From NCBI GenBank assembly GCA_011364925.1, contig RDOA01000067.1:1-14031 (forward strand): 14,031 nt of DNA, in the 5' to 3' direction. Under the pieces are notes generated by a model. It saw only the letters and a program-made list of their open reading frames with translations, ran no database searches and was not told the origin of the DNA. Source of the DNA: Promethearchaeota archaeon. GTDB lineage: Archaea; Asgardarchaeota; Lokiarchaeia; Sigyniarchaeales; SOKP01. The translations under genes were made by a program, and so were the position numbers. Positions within the stretch are counted from its first letter, which is position 1; every line of letters begins with the position of its first letter. Positions 1-7,735 of this stretch are shown piece by piece.

Positions 1-627
1 GGAAAAACTGATAAACCAAAGCAAGAATACTCTATTGAAATGTTTTCAGAGGATTTAAGTGAATTTCTGAACAAACTTGAAGTTGATAAAGCTCATATAA
101 TTGGTCATTCATTAGGCGGGATGATAGCACAACAATTTGCCTTAAGCTTTCCAAATAGAATTTTAAGCTTGGTATTAGCTGCTACTTCATGTACTATTTC
201 AAAAAGATTTGAAGCATTAATGGACAATTGGATATTGATTGCAGAAGTAGTAGGGATGGAAGCTATTTTTTCTCAATTTGTATTATGGTCAACAAATGAC
301 ACAATTTACGCAAGGAATACAGATTTTATAGAAATTCTTAAAGCACAATATTTAAAAGATAACGATCAAGTGCATGCTTTTGTATCAGTCTTGAAAGCTG
401 TAAAGAAATTTGATGTGATTAATCAACTTCAAAAAATTAAAAAGCCAACATTAGTTTTAGTCGGAGAATTCGATATACTTACTCCTCCTGAATATTCCAA
501 AGTTATTCACAACAAAATTGTCGATTCTGATTTTCTAGTAATAGAAGGCGCTACCCACACGCTAAATTTCAAAGAAGACGGAAAGCCGTTTAACAAAGCA
601 GTATTTGAATTTCTCAATTGTAAATGA
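1..627 (+). CDS. Alpha/beta fold hydrolase, 5'-truncated by the window edge
   Basis: Frame is open from base 1 (GKTDKPKQEYSIEMFSEDL, matching the usual (G)xGxSDKP segment), so the gene starts upstream of the window rather than at ATG 40. Nucleophile elbow GHSLGG, candidate acid in LVLVGEFD and His in GATH. Confidence 0.9.
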   Translation, partial: GKTDKPKQEYSIEMFSEDLSEFLNKLEVDKAHIIGHSLGGMIAQQFALSFPNRILSLVLAATSCTISKRFEALMDNWILIAEVVGMEAIFSQFVLWSTNDTIYARNTDFIEILKAQYLKDNDQVHAFVSVLKAVKKFDVINQLQKIKKPTLVLVGEFDILTPPEYSKVIHNKIVDSDFLVIEGATHTLNFKEDGKPFNKAVFEFLNCK

Positions 628-675
628 AACACATACGAGATTTTTTCGAACTTTGGAGTTTTTCATTGCCCATCG

Positions 676-2025
676 TTATTTTCTGATAGAGTTTATATAT
701 TTTTCAATTGAGATTACAGGTTCAAATTTAGGAATTTCACCTTGTCTGTTTTTTACCCAGCGTAATTCTTCTTTAATATCAGCTTTCATCTTATCTCTAA
801 ATTGAAACTGTTTTAATCTAAAAAATCTCAACGTAAATTTATAGAATTTTATCGCTTGTTTTCCTAGTTCCAATTTGGTTAAAACTTTCGCTAAATTCCA
901 ATAATAAAAGAAATCATCTCTATATAGCTTAATCGCTTCTAAAAATCTGTTATGTGCTGCTTTGTATTTTCCAAGGTAAGCCTCCTTAATCCCTTTATAA
1001 AAATAATCTAGTGATTTCTGCCTAATAATTTCAAAAGAAAAAAAGCTAATCTCGCCATCCTTGATATCTTCAGACATTACTTTAAGCCTTTCTATTATTT
1101 CAGCTCGTTCTTCTGCAGACTGGTTAATTTTCGTAATAATACCTCTACCAAACGATTCAATTGAAGAAAAAGCAATTTTTTGGGTTCCTGGTTGGAGAGG
1201 TACTTTCTTTAAAGAATTCAATAATATGTTTGGAAATTTTAAATCAATCAATAATTCAACAGTATTACGAATGACTTTCATTTCCTTCTCAGAAAGAAAA
1301 GCTTGATTTTTGAGTCCATCTAAAAAAAATATCAGAAATTTAGGGGATTTTATTGCAATTTCATTTAATATCTCGAAAACAGAACTCTTATTATCGATTT
1401 GCTCTAGTTTTAACAATTCTGATGCAAATTTCGATATTAAATCATCTTGCTCTTTTGTGATAAACGAATCAGTAAAATCGATGTAATTATTCACGAGCAT
1501 CGACTTTCGAATTTTAGTTATCAATTGAAAGAAACTAAGGGGATAACTCTCGCTAAGTTTATTGCATTCAAATCTGATTGAAGGAATAGATTCGTTGTTA
1601 TAATAGAAATCTGTAGAGATGGCTTTAAATCCCGCGTTGGACAATAGTTCTTTTAATAGAAAAGGCGGAAAGCAAATTTTATGCTGCAATCCTTTATGAG
1701 GTACTCCAAAAAACCACCCTAAAATATCTTTTTTCTGTTCTTCGCTTGCTTTTAGATAATGTTGGCACGCTTTTTCAAGATCAGGAGTTTCAATAATGAG
1801 CTTCCCATTAGGTTTCAATACTCTAAAAAACTCGCTCAATGCGTAAATCGTTTCAAAAAAACTTAAGTGTTCAATTACGTGTATAGCTTTAATTTCCTCG
1901 CAACTAAAGTCGTCAAATTCGAGGTTTAAAGCGGACATCTGTCTATCAGCAACTAAATCTTCGTATAAGTCAATGTTACAATAATCTGGGTCGTATTTTT
2001 TGCCACAACCGATATTAAGTTTCAT
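676..2025 (-). CDS. Class I SAM-dependent methyltransferase domain fused to a helical region and C-terminal TPR-like repeats
   Basis: N-terminal KLNIGCG (motif I), NID, HVIEHL and RVLKPNGKLIIETPD are typical of Methyltransf_11-like domains. C-terminal YFYKG..YKAAHNRFLEAIKL..YYWNLAKVL..AIKFY fits a TPR pattern (about 820-1005). Start overlaps the stop of the upstream 78-aa gene (ATGA, 2022-2025). Confidence 0.85.
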   Translation of the reverse strand: MKLNIGCGKKYDPDYCNIDLYEDLVADRQMSALNLEFDDFSCEEIKAIHVIEHLSFFETIYALSEFFRVLKPNGKLIIETPDLEKACQHYLKASEEQKKDILGWFFGVPHKGLQHKICFPPFLLKELLSNAGFKAISTDFYYNNESIPSIRFECNKLSESYPLSFFQLITKIRKSMLVNNYIDFTDSFITKEQDDLISKFASELLKLEQIDNKSSVFEILNEIAIKSPKFLIFFLDGLKNQAFLSEKEMKVIRNTVELLIDLKFPNILLNSLKKVPLQPGTQKIAFSSIESFGRGIITKINQSAEERAEIIERLKVMSEDIKDGEISFFSFEIIRQKSLDYFYKGIKEAYLGKYKAAHNRFLEAIKLYRDDFFYYWNLAKVLTKLELGKQAIKFYKFTLRFFRLKQFQFRDKMKADIKEELRWVKNRQGEIPKFEPVISIEKYINSIRK

Positions 2026-2258
2026 CTTTTCTTATCAAAGTCTTTTAATTTTACAGTTGAATACCTTGATCCAGTTGGATATGTGTTGCTTATTGCCGAT
2101 TCAACGAGCAATATTATAAAATAACCAAATGTAAAGAAAATAATAACTAAGATAATAGTAAATATAACTTTGTTCCGAGTATTATCTAAAAATAAGACTC
2201 TTATTATATCTTTGTTAGTTAATCCTAATTCTCTTCCTAATTTAAACAATTGATACAT
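2022..2258 (-). CDS. 78-aa single-TM microprotein, paralog of 2307-2561; putative radical SAM/methyltransferase substrate
   Basis: Ungapped alignment to the 84-aa neighbour gives 35/78 identities by hand count. Central hydrophobic stretch, ATGA coupling to the methyltransferase. The substrate role is inferred from gene context. Confidence 0.8.
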   Translation of the reverse strand: MYQLFKLGRELGLTNKDIIRVLFLDNTRNKVIFTIILVIIFFTFGYFIILLVESAISNTYPTGSRYSTVKLKDFDKKR

Positions 2259-2306
2259 TTCTCTTGTTAATTTACCGTTGATGATTTTTAATTAAATATT
2301 ATAACT

Positions 2307-2561
2307 TTACTTTTTACCTTTATCTTTGAAGTCCTTCGTTTTTACAGTAGAGTACAATGCTCCGGCAGGATACGCATTTCTAGCGACTACAATTACTACA
2401 AAGACAATTATTATTCCAGTTAAGACGATAGCTATTATCAAAAGAATCGTATACAGCGTTGGGTTCTTAGTGTTGTTAAAAAGCAGTACATTCCTTATTT
2501 CTTTTCTATTTAATCCTAATTCTTTGCCGATTTTGACTAATTGAAAGAGATTTTCAAACAT
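2307..2561 (-). CDS. 84-aa single-TM microprotein, paralog of 2022-2258; putative radical SAM/methyltransferase substrate
   Basis: GGAGGT SD 9 nt before the ATG, start 34 nt downstream of the radical SAM stop, shared QLxKxGxELGL and NxYPxGxxYSTVKxKDF motifs with the neighbour. Confidence 0.85.
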   Translation of the reverse strand: MFENLFQLVKIGKELGLNRKEIRNVLLFNNTKNPTLYTILLIIAIVLTGIIIVFVVIVVARNAYPAGALYSTVKTKDFKDKGKK

Positions 2562-2570
2562 ATTTGGGAT

Positions 2571-2576
2571 ACCTCC
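2571..2576 (-). promoter_or_regulatory. Shine-Dalgarno GGAGGT for the 84-aa microprotein
   Basis: Minus strand reads AAATGGAGGTATCCCAAATATG, a 9-nt spacer to the ATG at 2561. Confidence 0.75.
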
Positions 2577-2595
2577 ATTTACATTTATTACAAGA

Positions 2596-3699
2596 TCATT
2601 TGAATCTTATTGTGTGTAGCATACTTTTCATTAATGAAACGGTTGAATCCAATTTTCCTTTGATTGGTAAGTGCTTGGATGAAATTAATTGATCTTCAAT
2701 TGCTCTTAAACAGTATGGCTCGTCAAATTCCTTTATCGCATAGGCTGTTCCCAAGCATCCTCCTTGACATAGATTTACTACATCACAATCAGCGCAATAT
2801 CCTTTTAGTTGTATTTTTTTTGTTCTCAACTTTCTCAAAATGGATTTTAAACTCTGAGTTCTAATGTTTCCTCCAATAAATTCGTCTGGGAGCGTTAGAC
2901 ATCCTTTGATATTTCCATTACTCTGAATACCTAAGACAGATTTTCCCGCTTGACATCCAACCCATGGACTTAATCCTAAATTTGGTAAAAACCTTGAGTA
3001 ATGCCCGAGGCAATGGGCGCCGATAACTGGTAATCTTTTAAAAGAATATTTTTTAGTATTGATAGCAATGAACAAAGCTACTGTGTAAAATTCTTCTCTA
3101 GAAATCGTTAATTCTCTTGGAAACCGTCCTATAGGGACTGTCGTTTGAATTTGCCAAGCAATATTTCGATCTAATAATAAATTTTTAATTTTATTTAGTT
3201 CATACAAATTTATTTTGCTAACTGAAGTAATTACACTGACTGAGAATCTTTCGGCTTTTAAACAGTTAATCGCATTTATTGTTTTTTCAAATGCACCTGG
3301 TATGCCTCTAAGATAATCGTGAACTTTTGCAGTACCCCCGTCTAAACTTAGTGAAACGCATTCAGGCTTTAATTTTTTTAACTTTTGCAGATTGTCAATT
3401 AGATTTAATCCATTGGTAACAATTGACAAATCAAGCCTGTTTTTTTTAATCTCTTTTGCAATTTCATACCAATCGTCTCTAACTAACGGCTCTCCCCCCA
3501 TTAAAGCAACTCCCTTATACCCACAATCACGGATATCTCTGACTAAATTCAATGATTCCTCCGTATTCAGCTCATCATGGCGAATCTTTCCTGCTTTTGA
3601 TCCGCAATGAATGCATTTACTATTGCATCTTAAAGTTATCTCCCAAACTGCACAGCTGGGTTTAATTATCTGAGAAATTAATGGAGTTATACTTGGCAA
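2596..3699 (-). CDS. Radical SAM protein with C-terminal SPASM domain
   Basis: CxxxCxxC (CNSKCIHC), GGEP, VSLSLDG..HDYLRG. SPASM cysteines Cx12Gx4C (CQAGKSVLGIQSNGNIKGC) and Cx2Cx5Cx3Cx14C (CADCDVVNLCQGGC...PYC). An in-frame TAA two codons upstream makes TTG 3699 the earliest possible start. Confidence 0.95.
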   Translation of the reverse strand: MPSITPLISQIIKPSCAVWEITLRCNSKCIHCGSKAGKIRHDELNTEESLNLVRDIRDCGYKGVALMGGEPLVRDDWYEIAKEIKKNRLDLSIVTNGLNLIDNLQKLKKLKPECVSLSLDGGTAKVHDYLRGIPGAFEKTINAINCLKAERFSVSVITSVSKINLYELNKIKNLLLDRNIAWQIQTTVPIGRFPRELTISREEFYTVALFIAINTKKYSFKRLPVIGAHCLGHYSRFLPNLGLSPWVGCQAGKSVLGIQSNGNIKGCLTLPDEFIGGNIRTQSLKSILRKLRTKKIQLKGYCADCDVVNLCQGGCLGTAYAIKEFDEPYCLRAIEDQLISSKHLPIKGKLDSTVSLMKSMLHTIRFK

Positions 3700-3724
3700 T
3701 TCTTAATATTAGATTCAAGTTTTT

Positions 3725-3730
3725 TTTAAA
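3725..3730 (-). promoter_or_regulatory. Putative archaeal TATA box (TTTAAA) for a leaderless or short-leader radical SAM operon transcript
   Basis: TTTAAA lies 26-31 nt upstream of TTG 3699 and there is no SD. The AT-rich background weakens this call. Confidence 0.4.
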
Positions 3731-3814
3731 TTTACGTACAGATTTCGAAATTTTCTATGGAAAATTGGACAAAGTAAAATAAGCTGAGTAATTATTTAAC
3801 ATTTTTGGATAAAA

Positions 3815-4708
3815 TTAAGAAGAATCGCAATCTATAGGCCACTCAAGTAGCGAAATTATTAGATTCTTGTGAGACAATCCTCCTCGCGTTAGAGTCCCTA
3901 TAAAACTTTCCCTTTTGAACATTTTCTTTAAGATGTACCTTAAAAGTTGCGTATTTGATAACCTTCTTTCTTCAGCCTCGACTCTAAGTTTATGGATCTT
4001 AATATGCATGCTTTTAATCTCATCTATTCTATCTTTTAAAAAGGATCTTCCTTTAAATACTCCATTTCCGGAAGTGAAGAGAAGTAACTTATCCATTCCC
4101 TCTGTAAAGTCGTGCAATTTCTTAATCGATCGATATATCAAAGAAATATTTTCGGGAATGTCTGTATCCTTGCCGAATATCATTTGATATTTTGGCATTA
4201 CTGCGTCGGCGATAAATGCCCACTGGTGTTTCCGTTCGATTAGACTAATTTGTTCGGGAGCGTGTCCTGGCGTAGCAATTACATCAAAACAATATTTACC
4301 AGATTTGGTGTTAATTATATCTTCTAATGGTTCCGCTTGAAATGGTTGATAATTTATTCCCCAGACCATTTGACGATAGTCAGGGTAAATCTTTTCTTTT
4401 TTTAATAGAGGAATAGCCTGTTTGCTAGCAAAAACGGGGATATTAAACTCTTCTTGGAGCATACGACCTCCTCCGCAGTGATCTTCGTGATTATGGGTTA
4501 TAACGCATTTTTCAACCGCATTATTAGAATCAAGAGCCTTAATAAAATCTCGCAGGTCTCCTACTCCTCCTGGCGCACCCGCGTCAACTAACAATCCGTC
4601 AATTAAAAACACAGAGGTCCAGAACGGTTGAGGCATTAATTCGCTGTCTGAAGACCATTTCCATTCTAAAATTTCATTGTTGCAGTGATATACCTTTTGA
4701 ACAACCAT
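3815..4708 (-). CDS. Metallo-beta-lactamase fold hydrolase
   Basis: LLVDAG, HxHxDH (THNHEDH), TPGH and FIADA motifs. ATG 4708 (MVVQKV) preferred over the TTG at 4726 in the ORF track; start uncertain. Confidence 0.88.
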   Translation of the reverse strand: MVVQKVYHCNNEILEWKWSSDSELMPQPFWTSVFLIDGLLVDAGAPGGVGDLRDFIKALDSNNAVEKCVITHNHEDHCGGGRMLQEEFNIPVFASKQAIPLLKKEKIYPDYRQMVWGINYQPFQAEPLEDIINTKSGKYCFDVIATPGHAPEQISLIERKHQWAFIADAVMPKYQMIFGKDTDIPENISLIYRSIKKLHDFTEGMDKLLLFTSGNGVFKGRSFLKDRIDEIKSMHIKIHKLRVEAEERRLSNTQLLRYILKKMFKRESFIGTLTRGGLSHKNLIISLLEWPIDCDSS

Positions 4709-4859
4709 ATAATCAGCATAAAACAAAATTAAGAATCCAAATTAAATCTATTTCAAATTTATTTCCATACATAACAATAATTTAATTGCTTTTCTGATTA
4801 GAAAGTGTTATATGTTTACAAAATGAAATAGTGATATTGACCGAAATGAAGATAACACT

Positions 4860-6314
4860 ATGATGAAGAAAATCGCGTGGGGAACCCTTTTAATAACATT
4901 AACATTTACTGGGATGATATTAAATATAGGAATAGCTTCTCAACGCTACGAATACACTCATCAAAACAATCCTATAAGTTCATCTAATTCCGAATCTTGG
5001 TCAAAAATCGTAAAGGAAGATAGAGGACTTTATTTTTCTAGATGTGAATTAGTTAATGACTCTCTCTATATCATTGGTGAGTTTGATTTATATGATTCCA
5101 TTCAACATTCATATATAGAATACTTATATGTTTCGAAATTAGATCTCTCGGGTAATAAAGAATGGGAGCGTTCTTTTAGATTAAACGATAGTCGTCGAAT
5201 ATCTTATGTATTCGACAACGACGACAATTTAATAATTATTAGCGAGAATTGTTGTACAGACAAAATGCTGATTATAAAATTAAATTCTTCTGGAATACTT
5301 CTGTTTTCAAATATACTATCTCTTAATATGTATGAGCTTTCTATTGTATTAGGTGAAAATAACACTTTTTTAATCGCTGGGGAGTATACTACATCCTATC
5401 CAGCAGGCATATTACGTATAATCCAATTTAATACAACTGGTCAAATTATTCGAGAGACAACCCTTAGAATCGAAACTGAAGCTGATTTTGGTATTGTTAA
5501 AGCTTCTGCTAATAACTTGTATTTGTATTTTATGAATAATTCTATCTTTAAGGTGGCTAAGTTAAACGAGTTTGGGGCTATAGTATGGCAAACAAGTATA
5601 GAAAACATAGATTTAAGTTCGATCTTCCAACTAAATCTTATAGTCGATTCTGATGATAACGTATTCATTTTCGCATCAAAAAATTCTTCAAAAGGCTATA
5701 TTCTTAAAATTAATAGCACCGGGCAAAAAATCAAAGAAGTTCTAGTAGGTCATTACGATCTATTTTCCAAAATTGTGCATTCTGGAGATTTAGTAATGTA
5801 TAATTTTTCTAATGAAACTGTTTTATGTTTTGATTTAGATTTAGATTTGAAATGGAAACGTCCACTTTCTGATTATATTAATCCTAGATGGAATTCTTGG
5901 CCACTTTTAGCTGAAGATTCACAGGGAAATGTATTTTTCATCCAAGATAATACTGCAAGAGATCTTGATTTAGTTAAAATTAGCAGTTCAGGTGACCTTA
6001 TGTCAAAATTTACATGGGGGGGTAGATTTGAAGAAAAACCAAACGATTTGGTTATAGATTTGGATGATAATATCTATTTTGTTTGTTTATGCGAGGGACA
6101 AAATCGCTGGAATGATGTTTATCAAAAAGAGTTTATAAGATACATAGTATTAACAAAAAATCCTGTGTATGGAGGTTATCCTCCAAGTCCTAAGGTAATT
6201 TTTGATTTTCGTGATTATTTCCTTTTCTCTGTTTTAGGAATCTCATCCTTAATTGCTCTAGTTGGACTAATATTTATAATAAGAAATAGAAAGAGTAGAG
6301 GAATTAATGTTTAG
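4860..6314 (+). CDS. Secreted, C-terminally membrane-anchored beta-rich (propeller-like) surface protein
   Basis: N-terminal signal-like segment (MMKKIAWGTLLITLTFTGMILNIGIA). Recurring (I/V)xK(L/I)(N/D)xxG...W and D..DN(V/I)(Y/F) blade-like motifs. C-terminal hydrophobic helix followed by basic tail RNRKSR. Many NxS/T sequons. Confidence 0.7.
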   Translation: MMKKIAWGTLLITLTFTGMILNIGIASQRYEYTHQNNPISSSNSESWSKIVKEDRGLYFSRCELVNDSLYIIGEFDLYDSIQHSYIEYLYVSKLDLSGNKEWERSFRLNDSRRISYVFDNDDNLIIISENCCTDKMLIIKLNSSGILLFSNILSLNMYELSIVLGENNTFLIAGEYTTSYPAGILRIIQFNTTGQIIRETTLRIETEADFGIVKASANNLYLYFMNNSIFKVAKLNEFGAIVWQTSIENIDLSSIFQLNLIVDSDDNVFIFASKNSSKGYILKINSTGQKIKEVLVGHYDLFSKIVHSGDLVMYNFSNETVLCFDLDLDLKWKRPLSDYINPRWNSWPLLAEDSQGNVFFIQDNTARDLDLVKISSSGDLMSKFTWGGRFEEKPNDLVIDLDDNIYFVCLCEGQNRWNDVYQKEFIRYIVLTKNPVYGGYPPSPKVIFDFRDYFLFSVLGISSLIALVGLIFIIRNRKSRGINV

Positions 6315-6317
6315 TAT

Positions 6318-6842
6318 TTATATTCCCAAAAAGGGAGTGTATATTGCGATTGTAATAACATAGGCTAAGAGACCAATAAGAAAAGATGCCATGTTCGCGT
6401 AAGTTGTTTTTATGAGTATTGATTTTGTTGGGATTTCTGTTCCTACTAATCTCCTCAATTCTATCCTTAAAAGAAATGTTTCAATGATAATTACTTCTAC
6501 TTCAATTAGAAATACGGATAACCAGAAGAATTGTATGAAAAAAACATATATAAAATAAGTAAAAATTTGTGCTAAAGGAAAGGTAACGAGGTTGATTCGC
6601 AGAAATACTTTAAAACGACTTTTTGAAACATAGGTATAATTGTATTTATTAAAAAATTTTGTATTAAAATGGGCACTTTCTACTCGTACACCTATAAAAA
6701 ACAAACCTATTATGAGGGGGATAGTAATAAAGGGGTTTTTAGGTGGTTTCAAAACTATACCGTCTCCAAAAACGTTTTGGACTAATTCAATACACAAAAG
6801 AGCAAAGACTATTATTACTAAATATAACGATTTCTGCTTCAC
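6318..6842 (-). CDS. Hypothetical multi-pass membrane protein
   Basis: 174 aa with about 5 hydrophobic segments, GTG start, stop only 3 nt from the convergent gene's stop. Confidence 0.65.
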   Translation of the reverse strand: MKQKSLYLVIIVFALLCIELVQNVFGDGIVLKPPKNPFITIPLIIGLFFIGVRVESAHFNTKFFNKYNYTYVSKSRFKVFLRINLVTFPLAQIFTYFIYVFFIQFFWLSVFLIEVEVIIIETFLLRIELRRLVGTEIPTKSILIKTTYANMASFLIGLLAYVITIAIYTPFLGI

Positions 6843-6885
6843 ACTAATAAGTTAGACATGGAAATTTTAATACTCTATGCTTTTT

Positions 6886-6924
6886 AAAAATGTGAAAATC
6901 ATAGTTGAATTATTTCACATTTTT
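6886..6924. promoter_or_regulatory. Perfect 12-bp inverted repeat in a divergent intergenic region; candidate operator
   Basis: AAAAATGTGAAA (6886-6897), 15-nt spacer, TTTCACATTTTT (6913-6924). Confidence 0.55.
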
Positions 6925-7012
6925 GTGGAAACATATTTAAAGAGGTATAGCATAAATAAATATCAAGATCAAGTATCTATTCTAGAAATCTAAAACAGAA
7001 GTGAAAAATAAT

Positions 7013-7531
7013 ATGGATGTAAACAAAACCTCTAGAATTATTGTAGGAGTCTTATTACTTATAAACACCGTAACCATTTTTGCCCTATTGTTTCTGAACC
7101 CTGACGCATTAGCAGTTATTTTTAATTTCGGCATTGATATTACTGCTCACAATCTAGGTGAAGTAATTGCTGGTATAGCACTCGGAATTGGAGCAGCGAT
7201 TGGCTTTTTAATCTTTATGTTTCTCTTAGCAATTATCAACGCTATTATTTACACGGTGTTCGGTGCGCTTACATTAGCTCTAAATAGAACTAAAGCTATA
7301 CCAATCATAGTTTCGATATTCACCGCGTTAGCTCTATTTATCGGTGCTCGAGCTTTACTAATTCTAAATTTAGCAGGCCTTCCCGGTGATTTTCCAGGAA
7401 ATTTAATATTACCGTTACGAATCGTAAGCGATGTTGTGGTAATAGCTTTATCAATACTTTCTATTGTCCTAACGTTTAGGGAAGGAAGACTTCCTCGAGT
7501 AAAACCTGCTGCTACTACTACTACTTCTTAA
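7013..7531 (+). CDS. Hypothetical membrane protein with about 4 TM helices
   Basis: Four hydrophobic segments. ATG 7013 or GTG 7001 start. Ends in PAATTTTS, encoded by a GCT/ACT triplet run. Confidence 0.75.
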   Translation: MDVNKTSRIIVGVLLLINTVTIFALLFLNPDALAVIFNFGIDITAHNLGEVIAGIALGIGAAIGFLIFMFLLAIINAIIYTVFGALTLALNRTKAIPIIVSIFTALALFIGARALLILNLAGLPGDFPGNLILPLRIVSDVVVIALSILSIVLTFREGRLPRVKPAATTTTS

Positions 7532-7536
7532 ATCTC

Positions 7537-7551
7537 CTTTTTTTTATTATT
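7537..7551 (+). terminator. Putative archaeal oligo-T terminator
   Basis: Run of T residues a few bases after the stop at 7531. Confidence 0.4.
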
Positions 7552-7735
7552 ATAATAAATCTATTAATCTTGAAAATAGAAAACAAAAGAATGTTTTAAC
7601 TTTGGACTTTTACATGCTATTTGCTTTCAATTCCTATGTATTTTAATAATATCTCTTTACATCATAATAATAACTCATTTTATAAGGCTTAAAAATAAGA
7701 AAATAAAAAAAAAGTTAAGGATTTAGAACAGAAAT

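Noticed and set aside
1-627. Alpha/beta hydrolase as leader peptidase of the rSAM cluster
   Set aside because: Convergent orientation and a generic esterase/lactonase-like sequence; only proximity links it.
2022-2561. Microproteins as type IV pilins or archaellins
   Set aside because: No K/R-G/A class III cleavage site before the hydrophobic stretch, and no prepilin peptidase or assembly ATPase nearby.
2596-3699. Naming the rSAM pqqE, ahbC/ahbD or mftC
   Set aside because: No partner genes of those pathways are in the window, and the shared motifs are generic to SPASM proteins.
605-4187. Plus-strand ORFs 605-805, 1061-1306, 2326-2544, 2664-2864, 3392-3610 and 3915-4187
   Set aside because: Antisense shadows of well-supported minus-strand genes, with no recognisable motifs.
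6891-6919. CRP-type site TGTGA...TCACA
   Set aside because: The spacer is 19 nt rather than 6, so it is kept only as a generic inverted repeat.
7506-7528. GCT/ACT triplet run as a phase-variable repeat
   Set aside because: Short, in-frame and at the extreme C-terminus; slippage would not switch expression.
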